From a virus (taxonomy: Duplodnaviria > Caudoviricetes): a stretch of DNA of 55,638 bases. Position 1 is the first letter of the stretch; each line of letters begins with the position of its first letter. Location: IMG/VR virus record IMGVR_UViG_3300028802_000018, positions 1-55,638 of that record. One strand, written 5' to 3'. The notes under the pieces are model-generated. The model saw only the letters and a program-made list of their open reading frames with translations. It was not told the DNA's origin and did not search any database. The position numbers and the translations under genes are program-made. This document shows, piece by piece, positions 9,462 to 18,434 of the stretch.

Positions 9462-10211
9462 CTACGCAGCCTCTTCCTTCCGTGGCCGTCCTGGGCCTCG
9501 ACGCTGCGCCGTTTGCTCGTTCGAGAAACCCGACAGAGACGAACGCGGGTCTTCACGCGGCTCCATGCCAGCCTGCTGCATCGCAAGTGCCATCGGATCA
9601 GATAAGCCCGGAATAGCCGTAGCGATCGGATGAGGAGTATTGCGCGCACTCATGTTCTCAGCATGAAGCTGCTTGACCAGCACACTCAGTTCATCAACCT
9701 GACGCTGCAACCCAACCTGATCGGCTCGAAGCGCGTCATTCTCAGCGCTCAACTTCTCTGTCAGCGCCAAAGCCGCCGCATCGTCGAGATATGCCCGTGC
9801 CTTGTTTCGCAATCCCTGAAGCCCTTGCACACGCTGACACGCAACATCAGACAGCGCCGCGACCTCCTCGATCGTTTGAATCTCGATCCCCTGCAACTCC
9901 CTGACCTGGGCGCGATTGAGGATCGGCCATTCCGCAATCGGGGTGCCCTCGACGGTCTGCTCCATGCCGCGCCGGAATAGTTCATATTCCCGGCCCCAGC
10001 GATTCCGGTGCTCGTCGGTGACGTTATGCACCGGCATCGTGTACGGATTGCCGGGAAGGAATATCTCGACACGCTCGACCTGTCGGAAGATCGGCCGCCC
10101 CTCTCGCGCCGACGCGAGTTCGTCCTGCACCGGCTCCATGTAAAACCGTGGCCTGACGGCACCGGGCTGCGCCTCTGACCCTGGTAACGACCGGGTGAAT
10201 TGACCCTGCAT
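9462..10211 (-). CDS. Conserved phage head-region protein with coiled coil
   Basis: GRPIF..VE.V.I..PG and GTP.AEWP motifs; AGGAG RBS; C-terminal RRGPGRPRK. Confidence 0.7.
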   Translation of the reverse strand: MQGQFTRSLPGSEAQPGAVRPRFYMEPVQDELASAREGRPIFRQVERVEIFLPGNPYTMPVHNVTDEHRNRWGREYELFRRGMEQTVEGTPIAEWPILNRAQVRELQGIEIQTIEEVAALSDVACQRVQGLQGLRNKARAYLDDAAALALTEKLSAENDALRADQVGLQRQVDELSVLVKQLHAENMSARNTPHPIATAIPGLSDPMALAMQQAGMEPREDPRSSLSGFSNEQTAQRRGPGRPRKEEAA

Positions 10212-10237
10212 TCATTTTCTCCTAAACTCTATCTGCT

Positions 10238-10307
10238 GTAGGGATCACCGCGCCGCCTCTCGGATGGCGGTAACGATGGACCCACCTCCATCTGCGCTGG
10301 TCCCTAC
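10238..10307 (-). ncRNA. Candidate structured intergenic RNA (three-way junction)
   Basis: GUAGGGA/UCCCUAC closing stem, GAUGGA/UCCAUC and CCGCC/GGCGG hairpins fill the intergenic gap. Confidence 0.4.
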
Positions 10308-10313
10308 GGCGCT

Positions 10314-10676
10314 TTAAGCAGTCCCAACCGCGATCCAGCCCGTACCGGCTGCCGTCAGCCGCAACGCCTTAAGAGTTGCCACGGAAACTCCAGTCGAGCC
10401 GGCAATACCGTTGATCGTCTGCGACCCGTTGCCATACACCTTCAGCGTATTCGCGCCGCCGTTGTAAATTAGTTGATCCGGGGCACCCGCCGACGAGCGC
10501 AGCACAACGCCCGTACTCGCTGCCGCCGTCGAGATGATCGTGAACGAACTCACAATTGCCGTTGCCGTGGCTTGGTTGGTCCCGGCCCCTGCAATCGTGC
10601 TGACCGGGTCCATCCCAACTTGCCCCGCCACTCCTGCGGGAAGGCCAGCCGCCATCATTTCAGACTTGAGTGCCAT
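10314..10676 (-). CDS. Small virion structural/decoration protein
   Basis: Ala/Gly/Thr-rich beta protein, IYNGGANTLKVYG..SQTING; GAGG RBS. Confidence 0.65.
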   Translation of the reverse strand: MALKSEMMAAGLPAGVAGQVGMDPVSTIAGAGTNQATATAIVSSFTIISTAAASTGVVLRSSAGAPDQLIYNGGANTLKVYGNGSQTINGIAGSTGVSVATLKALRLTAAGTGWIAVGTA

Positions 10677-10694
10677 CGCTTCCTTACTCCCTCA

Positions 10695-11456
10695 TTAGCC
10701 GGTTCGATACCATGTATTGTTGCTCGATTGATACACCATCGCGAATCCAGAACCCGCCGCAAACGCGGTTGGCGCACCTACGATTGTCGCAGCACCCGTG
10801 CCGGCACTAACTGTAAGTGCCGTAACAATCTGAGAACTACCAGCGCTCATTACCTGACTATTGACAGGTGATGGTGGTAATACAAGCGTTAGCGCGGCGA
10901 TAGTTCCTGCCGGAGCAATCGCCTGATAGCGCTGATCTGCCGTCATCGTAACCGTCGCCCCCGTAACAGGCGTTGCCACCGCTTTATTCTGTAAAAGGGA
11001 ACCAACAATAGAGACAGCACCGTTCGCCGCGATCGTCAGCCTAGGGAGATCATTGGTAATAAGTTCTAATATACCATCGTTTGGTGTTCCGAAAGCAACT
11101 CCAGGGTCTGAAGAATATATCCCGCCAGATAATGTGCCTCCAGGAGAATTTAAAGTAAATGCCGAAAGCGTGCTTGTTCTAATAATTGTGCCTATGGTTT
11201 TGAACGTATCTGTCCCTGTCTTCTGCTCAAAATACCAACCCTGATTGCTGACATCGTCGTTGTTGACGAGGTTCCAGAAATTAACCTCGCCGTACCCGTG
11301 GTAGTTGTTGGTAATCGCGAAACCAGCAGGAGATTCCGACGCAGGAATAACCCCCTCGCTATTATAGGTCAATACGATCGGCCCGCTGTCGTCCCCTAGT
11401 AAATTTGAGGACAACGCAGAAAGGCCAGACGCCATAAGTTCCGATGCTACCGCCAT
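10695..11456 (-). CDS. Fibre-like virion protein without signal peptide
   Basis: N-terminus MAVASELMASGL parallels MALKSEMMAAGL of next gene; C-terminal PAGTIAALTLVLPPSP...NNTWYR fibre-type domain. Confidence 0.65.
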   Translation of the reverse strand: MAVASELMASGLSALSSNLLGDDSGPIVLTYNSEGVIPASESPAGFAITNNYHGYGEVNFWNLVNNDDVSNQGWYFEQKTGTDTFKTIGTIIRTSTLSAFTLNSPGGTLSGGIYSSDPGVAFGTPNDGILELITNDLPRLTIAANGAVSIVGSLLQNKAVATPVTGATVTMTADQRYQAIAPAGTIAALTLVLPPSPVNSQVMSAGSSQIVTALTVSAGTGAATIVGAPTAFAAGSGFAMVYQSSNNTWYRTG

Positions 11457-11457
11457 C

Positions 11458-12885
11458 CTAGGCTGCCTTCCACATCGGGCCAAAATTCTGTTTGGCGATC
11501 TCCGGCAACAGACCGGAACCGTGAACCGTGATCATCGCACCCTGGTCAGCCAGCAATTTCGCAAACGCAGGAAACGCCTCCGCTTGGGCAAACATCGCGG
11601 GCGCACAAGTGAACATCTTGCGACCCACCCATACCTCGCGGCGATCAGCGTCCGCTCCAGCCTCATCCTGTGGAGCAACATGCCCCTCACCCTCGCGATC
11701 AGAACTGTCATAGCCGTACAGATGCATCGACCGATAGCCGAGGCAAAAGCATAGCGCCATCGCTGTAAGTCCAACCGTAACCCCGCCGCCGATCAAGACG
11801 GACGTCCCCTCGAAATGCTTCTCGATGCCGTCCTGGACATGATGAAACAACGTCACGTTCTCATCTTTGAGAATGTCGAAGATCACCGGGTCGCATTGGG
11901 AGGCAACCAAGAACTGCTTTGCCGCGATCGGCCGTACAAACCGCCGATTTTCCGGCCTGGAATCAAGCAACACCTGATAATCCGGGGCAAGCCCATACTG
12001 AGCCAACCAGTGAGCCGCTCCGTTCATCGCGAAGATGGTTTGCTCGTCACGGTAACGCCGCCTGATATCGCCCAACATGTCCATTGCCGATGGGCCACTC
12101 CCGACCAGCACGGCATGCTGATGATGCGCCGGAATCTCTTCGACCCATGACACCGCCTTACGCCGGCTATTGATCACCACGTTGGCAAAAATCTTATCCT
12201 TCGGTGTATTGGATACGATATTCCACTCGACTCGCTCACCGATCCCGAGCCATTTGGCGCAATAGTCCTTCATCCATGCCTTGCGCGGACCCCGGAAATG
12301 CAGGATCACTCCGCGCGTACAGTCGTCATCCGGGTATTCTGGCGCGAGATTGTATGGATCAACCGGTAGAAACCGGATCGTCACCCCATCTCCAGCCACG
12401 ATGCACGGCTCGATTGTCGGATGCACAACCGCAGCAATGGCCTTCTGGTCGTCCCCCCACTCTTCCCCCATCCCCGCAAGCGCCCTGGCCCAGATATGAC
12501 GCACATCAGCGCCGCCCCGAATATAGATTGCCCCAGTGTTGAGAATACAGTCGGAGAACGGCCCGGTGGTGAACGCGATATCAAACTCGTGCTTGAACAC
12601 CTCAGCAGGATCACGCGCCAGCACGCAATCAGCCCCGACGAAAACCGTGTCCTCTTTTGCAAGGTATTGCGAATTGAGGTAGACAAGCTGCCCCTGAATC
12701 GTCGCCTTCATCAGATTGTGCGGCAACGTCAGCAGGAATCCATCAGTTATAGAGGCGTCATCAGTGATCACGATGTGCCGATACCCGAACCGCTCGCACG
12801 ATGCCCGCAGGATGTCCAGAAATGGCGTGTAATCCTGAAAAAACGGATGATCTGGACGCGGGGCTAAGAAGGAGACGATGTTCAC
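11458..12885 (-). CDS. Two-domain glycosyltransferase: GT-A nucleotide-diphospho-sugar transferase plus Maf/DUF115-like domain
   Basis: GADC, LNTGAIY, DDQ, ILHFRGPRK in N-half; VLVGSGPS, FAMNG, PDYQVLLD, LGYRSMHLYGYDS in C-half. Confidence 0.75.
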   Translation of the reverse strand: MNIVSFLAPRPDHPFFQDYTPFLDILRASCERFGYRHIVITDDASITDGFLLTLPHNLMKATIQGQLVYLNSQYLAKEDTVFVGADCVLARDPAEVFKHEFDIAFTTGPFSDCILNTGAIYIRGGADVRHIWARALAGMGEEWGDDQKAIAAVVHPTIEPCIVAGDGVTIRFLPVDPYNLAPEYPDDDCTRGVILHFRGPRKAWMKDYCAKWLGIGERVEWNIVSNTPKDKIFANVVINSRRKAVSWVEEIPAHHQHAVLVGSGPSAMDMLGDIRRRYRDEQTIFAMNGAAHWLAQYGLAPDYQVLLDSRPENRRFVRPIAAKQFLVASQCDPVIFDILKDENVTLFHHVQDGIEKHFEGTSVLIGGGVTVGLTAMALCFCLGYRSMHLYGYDSSDREGEGHVAPQDEAGADADRREVWVGRKMFTCAPAMFAQAEAFPAFAKLLADQGAMITVHGSGLLPEIAKQNFGPMWKAA

Positions 12886-13526
12886 GAGGCCACCCGCAGC
12901 CGCCGCATAGCAGCCGGTCCCATCATCACATACCCCGCCGGCACGTCATCAACAATCACCGCTCCCGCCGCGATCAGCGCATCATCGCCAATCCTCACCC
13001 CCGCAACGATGTTTGCCCCCGATCCGACCATGACCCGCTCGCCAAACACCGGCCCCGAGGCTCCGGGATAATGATAATCCACGAGATCAACTCGCCGATC
13101 ATTGGACGTGACAACCCCAATGCCGAAAAAGCACCCCCGACCAACGATCGATCCCCCGACCAAGTTGGTCTGATCCTGGAACCGCACGTCATCGGCAATC
13201 CCGCAATCGTACCCGATCGCCACATAGCGCCCGATTACGCACCGATCGCCAATATCGCACCCTTCGCGCACGCTGGCAAAATCCCCGATCAGACAGTTCT
13301 TTCCGATCCTCGATCCGCCATATACGACCGCATGCGGGCCGATAATCGTCCCAGCCCCGATATGTAGTTTCTCTATCCTTTGCGGCTGCCGAGCGAGCGC
13401 CGAACTTTCATCCGGTACCCGCCCGACAACCGCGAAAGGATGCACGATAACGCCCTGCCCGAGCGTAACCCACGGAGCCACAATAGCCCACGGAGCCACG
13501 CCAGAGCGGTCTCTGGTCGAAGGCAC
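12882..13526 (-). CDS. Hexapeptide-repeat (left-handed beta-helix) sugar acetyltransferase
   Basis: Repeated IG.G..IG; GVVTSND; GSGANIVAGVRIGDDALIAAGAVIVDDVP; GTG at 13526 just after upstream stop. Confidence 0.85.
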   Translation of the reverse strand: MPSTRDRSGVAPWAIVAPWVTLGQGVIVHPFAVVGRVPDESSALARQPQRIEKLHIGAGTIIGPHAVVYGGSRIGKNCLIGDFASVREGCDIGDRCVIGRYVAIGYDCGIADDVRFQDQTNLVGGSIVGRGCFFGIGVVTSNDRRVDLVDYHYPGASGPVFGERVMVGSGANIVAGVRIGDDALIAAGAVIVDDVPAGYVMMGPAAMRRLRVAS

Positions 13527-13527
13527 T

Positions 13528-13851
13528 TTAGCCCCCCACCATCGACGCCCGCTCTGCAAGACGGGACCGCAGTAGATACCCCTCCAGCGCCCAAATCTGC
13601 CGACGCGCATCCTCTCGGGCAATCTTCTTACCCAAGTCAGCGTCAAAATTATCGGGCGATGCCGGAGCGCTCTTGCCGACGACATTGAATCCGTTCTGTA
13701 GCGTCAGCGCACACACGGTCAGCACCGTTCCAGGAAACTGATAAAATTGCTCTGCCAGGATCGCGGAATCAATTTTATCCGGACTGAGGCGGGGCGCATT
13801 CAGGTTCTTAGCCTGAATTTCAGCCTCAACCGCTTGCTCATTGTCTGCCAT
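13528..13851 (-). CDS. N4 Gp49 / Sf6 gene 66 family protein
   Basis: APRL...ID, LTVC.L.L.NGF.V.G.SA..S..NFD..LG.KIA...A...IW.LEGYLL. Confidence 0.85.
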   Translation of the reverse strand: MADNEQAVEAEIQAKNLNAPRLSPDKIDSAILAEQFYQFPGTVLTVCALTLQNGFNVVGKSAPASPDNFDADLGKKIAREDARRQIWALEGYLLRSRLAERASMVGG

Positions 13852-13908
13852 GTCGTTCTTCCTATACGGGAGATGCCGGGAACCGCCCGGCGCGGATTAT
13901 ATCCAATT

Positions 13909-14409
13909 CTACGCCGTAGCTCCCTGGAGATAAGGCCGCTGGATCAGCACCGTGATCGTGCTCGTCGCTGAGGCCACGCTCGCCGCGTTGATACTGCGCG
14001 CATTCCGTAGCTGCTTGCCAGACGCTGCCGTTGACATCATTCGGCCGATCGTCGCACTCTGATACACCGGCACGTTCGGAGCGACGTTGATCGCCGATTT
14101 CTTGATGATCGCCGCGCCGTTGATCTGATACCAGCCCCATTGGTTTGCTACGTTCGCGGACATCGCCACCGCGACCGGCTGGTTCAGGTTCGCCGTGTTC
14201 GGGGTAAGCGTCGTTGAGTGAACCACCGGGTTGTAAACGACACACAACCCGACAACCGTGTTAGCGGCACCCTTGAGGTAAATGAACTCACCGCCCCCAT
14301 ACGTCTCGTCGTATGCCCCGATAACCGAACCTTCGGGATGGTTTTGAACCGTGCTCGTTGCCGCGATTGGCTGAATGCCAAGGCGATCAGTCGTGGGTAC
14401 CCATGCCAT
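13909..14409 (-). CDS. Capsid decoration/cement-like protein
   Basis: YGGGEFIYLKG, PVAVAMSA....WGWYQI.G; downstream of capsid gene; AAGGAG RBS. Confidence 0.65.
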   Translation of the reverse strand: MAWVPTTDRLGIQPIAATSTVQNHPEGSVIGAYDETYGGGEFIYLKGAANTVVGLCVVYNPVVHSTTLTPNTANLNQPVAVAMSANVANQWGWYQINGAAIIKKSAINVAPNVPVYQSATIGRMMSTAASGKQLRNARSINAASVASATSTITVLIQRPYLQGATA

Positions 14410-14413
14410 CGTT

Positions 14414-15190
14414 TTACTCCTTTCGAAGGCGGCGCTTCCGCGCCCCGGTTGTCAGCGTCCTTTCAAGAGACCAGCCGAGTTTGTTTCCAAGGCGCGACCG
14501 CAATGTATCGATGTGGATACCCGTCTCGTCAGCCCACTCCTTGAGCGTCATCGTCTTTTCACGAAACGTATATTGTTCCGCCTCAGTGACAGGCTCCGTT
14601 AGCGCTCGCTCGATATCCCAACCACACACATCAAGACGCTGCCGAAGTGTGTACCACTTAAGACCGGCATATTTGGCCCATTGCGCGAACGTCCGGGACT
14701 GCCCATTGATCACGATGATACGATTACGCCGGTTGTTGTTCGCCTGCTCCACGGTTGTGGCCCACCGACAATTCTCCGGCTCGTAATTCCCATCATTGTT
14801 TTCGCGCTCTAGGCTATACCCCGTTGGCCGATTACCCATATCTGCAAAAAACGCCTCGAAATTATGCCAAGCGGGGCAAACGGAAATGCCGCGCGCCCCG
14901 TAATTGGCATAACTCTGCGCGTTGGGATTTTCACATCGCTGAAGCATGGCCTGCCACACATGATAAACGTGGGTATGCGACATGCCGTGCTGCATGATGC
15001 GCTCGGCGTTCAGGCAACCGCAAGACTTGACCTTTCCTCTGGCCAAATCCTGCCCATACGCGACGGTGCCGCGACCGCAGTCGCAACGACAGAACCACCG
15101 CGCATTCGTGTCGGTCTTGCTCTTTGCGGGCAAGCGCTCGATCACCACCAAGCGATCGTAACGCTGCCCCAGTCGGTCGATTAACCTCAT
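14414..15190 (-). CDS. Free-standing HNH-type homing endonuclease
   Basis: WFCRCDCG, SCGC, W..M..RC.NPN...YGARGISVC..W, SLER.NNDGNYEPENCRWAT..EQANN; two C-terminal T..EWA...G....L..RL...W..ER.LT repeats. Confidence 0.85.
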   Translation of the reverse strand: MRLIDRLGQRYDRLVVIERLPAKSKTDTNARWFCRCDCGRGTVAYGQDLARGKVKSCGCLNAERIMQHGMSHTHVYHVWQAMLQRCENPNAQSYANYGARGISVCPAWHNFEAFFADMGNRPTGYSLERENNDGNYEPENCRWATTVEQANNNRRNRIIVINGQSRTFAQWAKYAGLKWYTLRQRLDVCGWDIERALTEPVTEAEQYTFREKTMTLKEWADETGIHIDTLRSRLGNKLGWSLERTLTTGARKRRLRKE

Positions 15191-15256
15191 GGCTCATGTT
15201 CCCAGTTCCTTGCAAGGACACTGAGTATACGCCACTACTGATTACGACCGCAAGCA

Positions 15257-16291
15257 TTACGCGCCCAAAACGCCTTGCAGGAAGGAATTTGAGACTGTCA
15301 TGTTTCCCGCCCAGGCCACGAGCTTGACCATCGCATCCTGGTTGACGCTAAATCTATCCGGATCAAGGGGCGTCATATTCCGGTCCCGATGCGGGCGCAG
15401 GAAAATGAAATCGGTGTTCAGGAAGTACATATGCGATGCGGGCGCGCCAGACCCCGAGGTCCATGTGATACCGGCACCGTCGATCACCGTGCCTTGGCCC
15501 GCCGCAACCCCCTGGAAGCCGCCGTCATAGACCACATCGGCGTCCATGAATTTGAGACTGGCGAACCCTGCTTGTGCGTTACTGTCGCCGCTGATGCGCT
15601 GGATCGCCTGAAGGCTCTCCCAATAGTACCGGAAGTAGATGTTGTCGGCGATGATCAAGTCAGGCTTGTCAGGGCCACGAGCCTGAGCGAGCCATGTACG
15701 ATTCATCATCGTTTGCATGGTCGCCGCGCCTGGAGCCAAACCTGCGGTAGCGAACGATTGGTTGTTAGGACGCCAAAACGGCCACGTCTGCCTTGAGATG
15801 CCGCCAACCGTGCCCGAGGTGCCCACGTCCGCGACGAGAAGCTGCAAGCCGCCGATCTGCTTGCCGCCGTCCGCCGTGCCGTCCGAGTAGCAGTCACTCG
15901 ATAGGTTGTTGGTGAACGTGCGTTCTGCGTTACCGATCCTGGCGTCGAGGAGATCAATCATCTTCTCGCGACCGGAGTTCTGTAACATCTCAAGGCCGGA
16001 GATCGTTACGGCAACGGCAGCCTGCGCGATCGAGAACTGCGCCGCAGTGAACACGTCCGAGGGGGAGATATTCAACACGTCATACCCGGAATAACGCTTG
16101 TAGGTGCCATTCTCCGAGTATTCTAGCTCCTGCACGATCGCCTGACCGCCATCGAAGCTCTTGACCTTCCCCTTCGCGCTGAGGCGGCGCAAGAGCGCAT
16201 TGTTCTTGGTCACATTGTCGGCGAGAACCTTTGATCGATTGAAAAGGGTGGTAGTCGTAATCTCACCCCAACTGGTATTTGGGCTTGCCAT
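15257..16291 (-). CDS. Major capsid protein
   Basis: TTTL.NRS..LADNVTKNNALL.RL; ISGLEMLQNSG.E..IDLL; YSDGT..GGKQI.GL; follows scaffold. Confidence 0.9.
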   Translation of the reverse strand: MASPNTSWGEITTTTLFNRSKVLADNVTKNNALLRRLSAKGKVKSFDGGQAIVQELEYSENGTYKRYSGYDVLNISPSDVFTAAQFSIAQAAVAVTISGLEMLQNSGREKMIDLLDARIGNAERTFTNNLSSDCYSDGTADGGKQIGGLQLLVADVGTSGTVGGISRQTWPFWRPNNQSFATAGLAPGAATMQTMMNRTWLAQARGPDKPDLIIADNIYFRYYWESLQAIQRISGDSNAQAGFASLKFMDADVVYDGGFQGVAAGQGTVIDGAGITWTSGSGAPASHMYFLNTDFIFLRPHRDRNMTPLDPDRFSVNQDAMVKLVAWAGNMTVSNSFLQGVLGA

Positions 16292-16370
16292 TCCCTATGC
16301 TCCATCTGGCGGCCCTCGGGCCGCGCGGGGAAAACGGGCGCTTCACAGCGGCCGGGTGAACGGAAACGGA

Positions 16371-17561
16371 TCAAGCAGCGTCTATCTCCGCTGCCGCATC
16401 CGCAATTTCATCTCGCAGGGATCGTGGCGCACGCCTCTCTGCCTGAGAGCCACCGGAACCTGGGGAACCGACGACACTGGAAGAGGCCCTTGCCGATGCC
16501 TCTGCCTTCGCTTTCCGTTCGGCTGCCGCTTTCCGCTGTGCCTCGGCCGAGTTGGCTGCGAGGACTTTGGCGCGGGTCTCCCGGTTCGCGTACACGGCCC
16601 GATCATAGAGATCAGAGACCGAAGGCACTTTACCCTGGGATATGTCTATCCGGGCAAGCATCATCATATCAGATTCTAGCTCAGAGAAAAAGGGATGTTT
16701 TAATGCCCCCGTTTCGCTCTTCTCGTTAGCGAACGCATCGATCTGCGCTTGAGACGCTCCCTCATTGCGACGAGCCTCAGCGGCATCCCTTGCATCCTGC
16801 CGAGCGCGGAGATTATGAATCTCCTGCAATACCTCGGGAGGAACATACGCGCCGTTTTGGGCCGCTCCGTTCCCCGCTGTAGCTTGCGGAGTCTCCCCCC
16901 GGAGAATGGACGCCACAACACCAGGATCAACGTTGTACGCCTGGATCATCCGTGCGACGTGCTGCGCGCCCTTGATATTCGTCTGCCCCTGCGCAGCGAG
17001 TTGCTGCCCCTGCATCAAATCCTGTTCGATTGATGCCCATGCTCGAATCACATCCGAAGGCGTCTGTCCACGCTGCCGCAACCCCTCCGCATGAGGAGCG
17101 AATATCTCCATCGCACCCTGATACTGACGCCTGATTTCGGCGGCCTCGCGCAGCTTCGGCGTAAACCCCGCTTCGATGGCCTTGTACCGCTCGACAACTT
17201 TGGCTTGATGCTCCTTGGGAAGCCCGGCGATCAATTCCTTATCCGCCTGCGACCAGTGCTGCGGCACCTCGGCGGAAGGCGCTACAGCCGCCGCCGATGC
17301 ATCGTCAACCACCGGTTGGTCAACAGCCGCATCCACGCCCTCTACGGACGCTTCTACCGTGTCCGCAGCATCCCTCTGGATAAACTTTCCATCAGGGCCA
17401 CGAGCGCGACCCTCCTCGCGCGGTTCTGCCCCGGCGCTATCAGCCTCTACCGGCTTCTCGCGAGCCGGCGTCGGCTCCGGTGCTGCCGCCTCCGCATCCG
17501 ACACCGCTTGCGACAAGACATCCCGCAGGTTCTGGGGTTCAGCTTCGTTTTCAGGTGGCAT
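16371..17561 (-). CDS. Capsid scaffolding protein
   Basis: Acidic/Ala-rich; RARGPDGKF, PQHWS, HPFF..LE..M, LYDRAV.AN, C-terminal SLRDEI; precedes capsid gene. Confidence 0.75.
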   Translation of the reverse strand: MPPENEAEPQNLRDVLSQAVSDAEAAAPEPTPAREKPVEADSAGAEPREEGRARGPDGKFIQRDAADTVEASVEGVDAAVDQPVVDDASAAAVAPSAEVPQHWSQADKELIAGLPKEHQAKVVERYKAIEAGFTPKLREAAEIRRQYQGAMEIFAPHAEGLRQRGQTPSDVIRAWASIEQDLMQGQQLAAQGQTNIKGAQHVARMIQAYNVDPGVVASILRGETPQATAGNGAAQNGAYVPPEVLQEIHNLRARQDARDAAEARRNEGASQAQIDAFANEKSETGALKHPFFSELESDMMMLARIDISQGKVPSVSDLYDRAVYANRETRAKVLAANSAEAQRKAAAERKAKAEASARASSSVVGSPGSGGSQAERRAPRSLRDEIADAAAEIDAA

Positions 17562-17745
17562 CAGTGCGCTCCCCACGCTTCCACATCTCAACTTTCCCAA
17601 GCGCTATTGCTCGCGAATTATTGAAATAGTCATTCCTAAATTTAGCGAGCCATTTGATCATATCAATCAACTCGTCGCGTGAGCACTCGGAAATCGGCTT
17701 TCCTAGCCAGAAAAAATCCGTCAATATGTTTTTCTCAAATGACAT
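17551..17745 (-). CDS. Small hypothetical protein
   Basis: 64 aa ORF overlapping both neighbours. Confidence 0.5.
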   Translation of the reverse strand: MSFEKNILTDFFWLGKPISECSRDELIDMIKWLAKFRNDYFNNSRAIALGKVEMWKRGERTDAT

Positions 17746-18058
17746 TGGAACGCTCAAGCGCCGCCCGAGCCTCCGCATGGGTTTCAGGCGAAGCTTCCAT
17801 CGCCGCCGCCACATGCTCCCTAATCGGCGGCAACGGCTCCCTCACCGCTCGCGGCATCTCGTTCCCAACCTCGACCACGCCATGCTGCCGAAGATGATCC
17901 CGATGCTGCGACCGGCTGGTGATCGGCTCACGCGTGATCACCGAGCGATACGGGGATATGTCGCTCATGATATATGGACCGGCGCGAGGCGGTAAAGGCG
18001 CGTCAAGGTTAAGCTCAACCAGTTCGTCGTTGCGGATAACGTAACGGTGGCGGCTCAT
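17735..18058 (-). CDS. Conserved small protein between portal and scaffold
   Basis: SDISPYRS...ITSRSQHRDHLRQHGVVEVGNE motif; ATGA coupling. Confidence 0.7.
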   Translation of the reverse strand: MSRHRYVIRNDELVELNLDAPLPPRAGPYIMSDISPYRSVITREPITSRSQHRDHLRQHGVVEVGNEMPRAVREPLPPIREHVAAAMEASPETHAEARAALERSNVI

Positions 18059-18246
18059 TTCTCTTCCAATTTCGGCGGAGGCGGAGCCACGCGAAGGTGC
18101 GCGTTCATCATGTCGTCCATCAGCCGCACATGTATGATGCCCCCCACAAGGATAGCAACCATGAAAATGGGTCCGCAGACCACCGCGAACCACCAAATAG
18201 GATCAACGACAGCCTGCGCTATAAAGATCAGAGGATCATCGCTCAT
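18055..18246 (-). CDS. Small membrane protein
   Basis: One TM segment; ATGA-coupled on both sides. Confidence 0.55.
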   Translation of the reverse strand: MSDDPLIFIAQAVVDPIWWFAVVCGPIFMVAILVGGIIHVRLMDDMMNAHLRVAPPPPKLEEK

Positions 18247-18434
18247 CGTGACGCCTCTTCTATCAAGTCATCTAGTGGGGGCAGGCGTTCCGAAGGCAAC
18301 CCACAGAACTCCGCATTGGCGAGAATAACTCTTGCCGCATCCGACAAAGAACTTTCCCGCCGCCTAGAGTAAGAAACTGTGGCATTGGTCAAGATCGCCA
18401 TCACAGACACGTCAGATACACCTTCCCAAGCCAT
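18243..18434 (-). CDS. Small hypothetical protein
   Basis: Abuts portal C-fragment stop; coupled to next gene. Confidence 0.45.
   Translation of the reverse strand: MAWEGVSDVSVMAILTNATVSYSRRRESSLSDAARVILANAEFCGLPSERLPPLDDLIEEASR

Noticed and set aside
9449-9475. Second hammerhead at CTGATGA
   Set aside because: No stem II followed by GAAA; other CTGATGA hits noticed on either strand also lacked it
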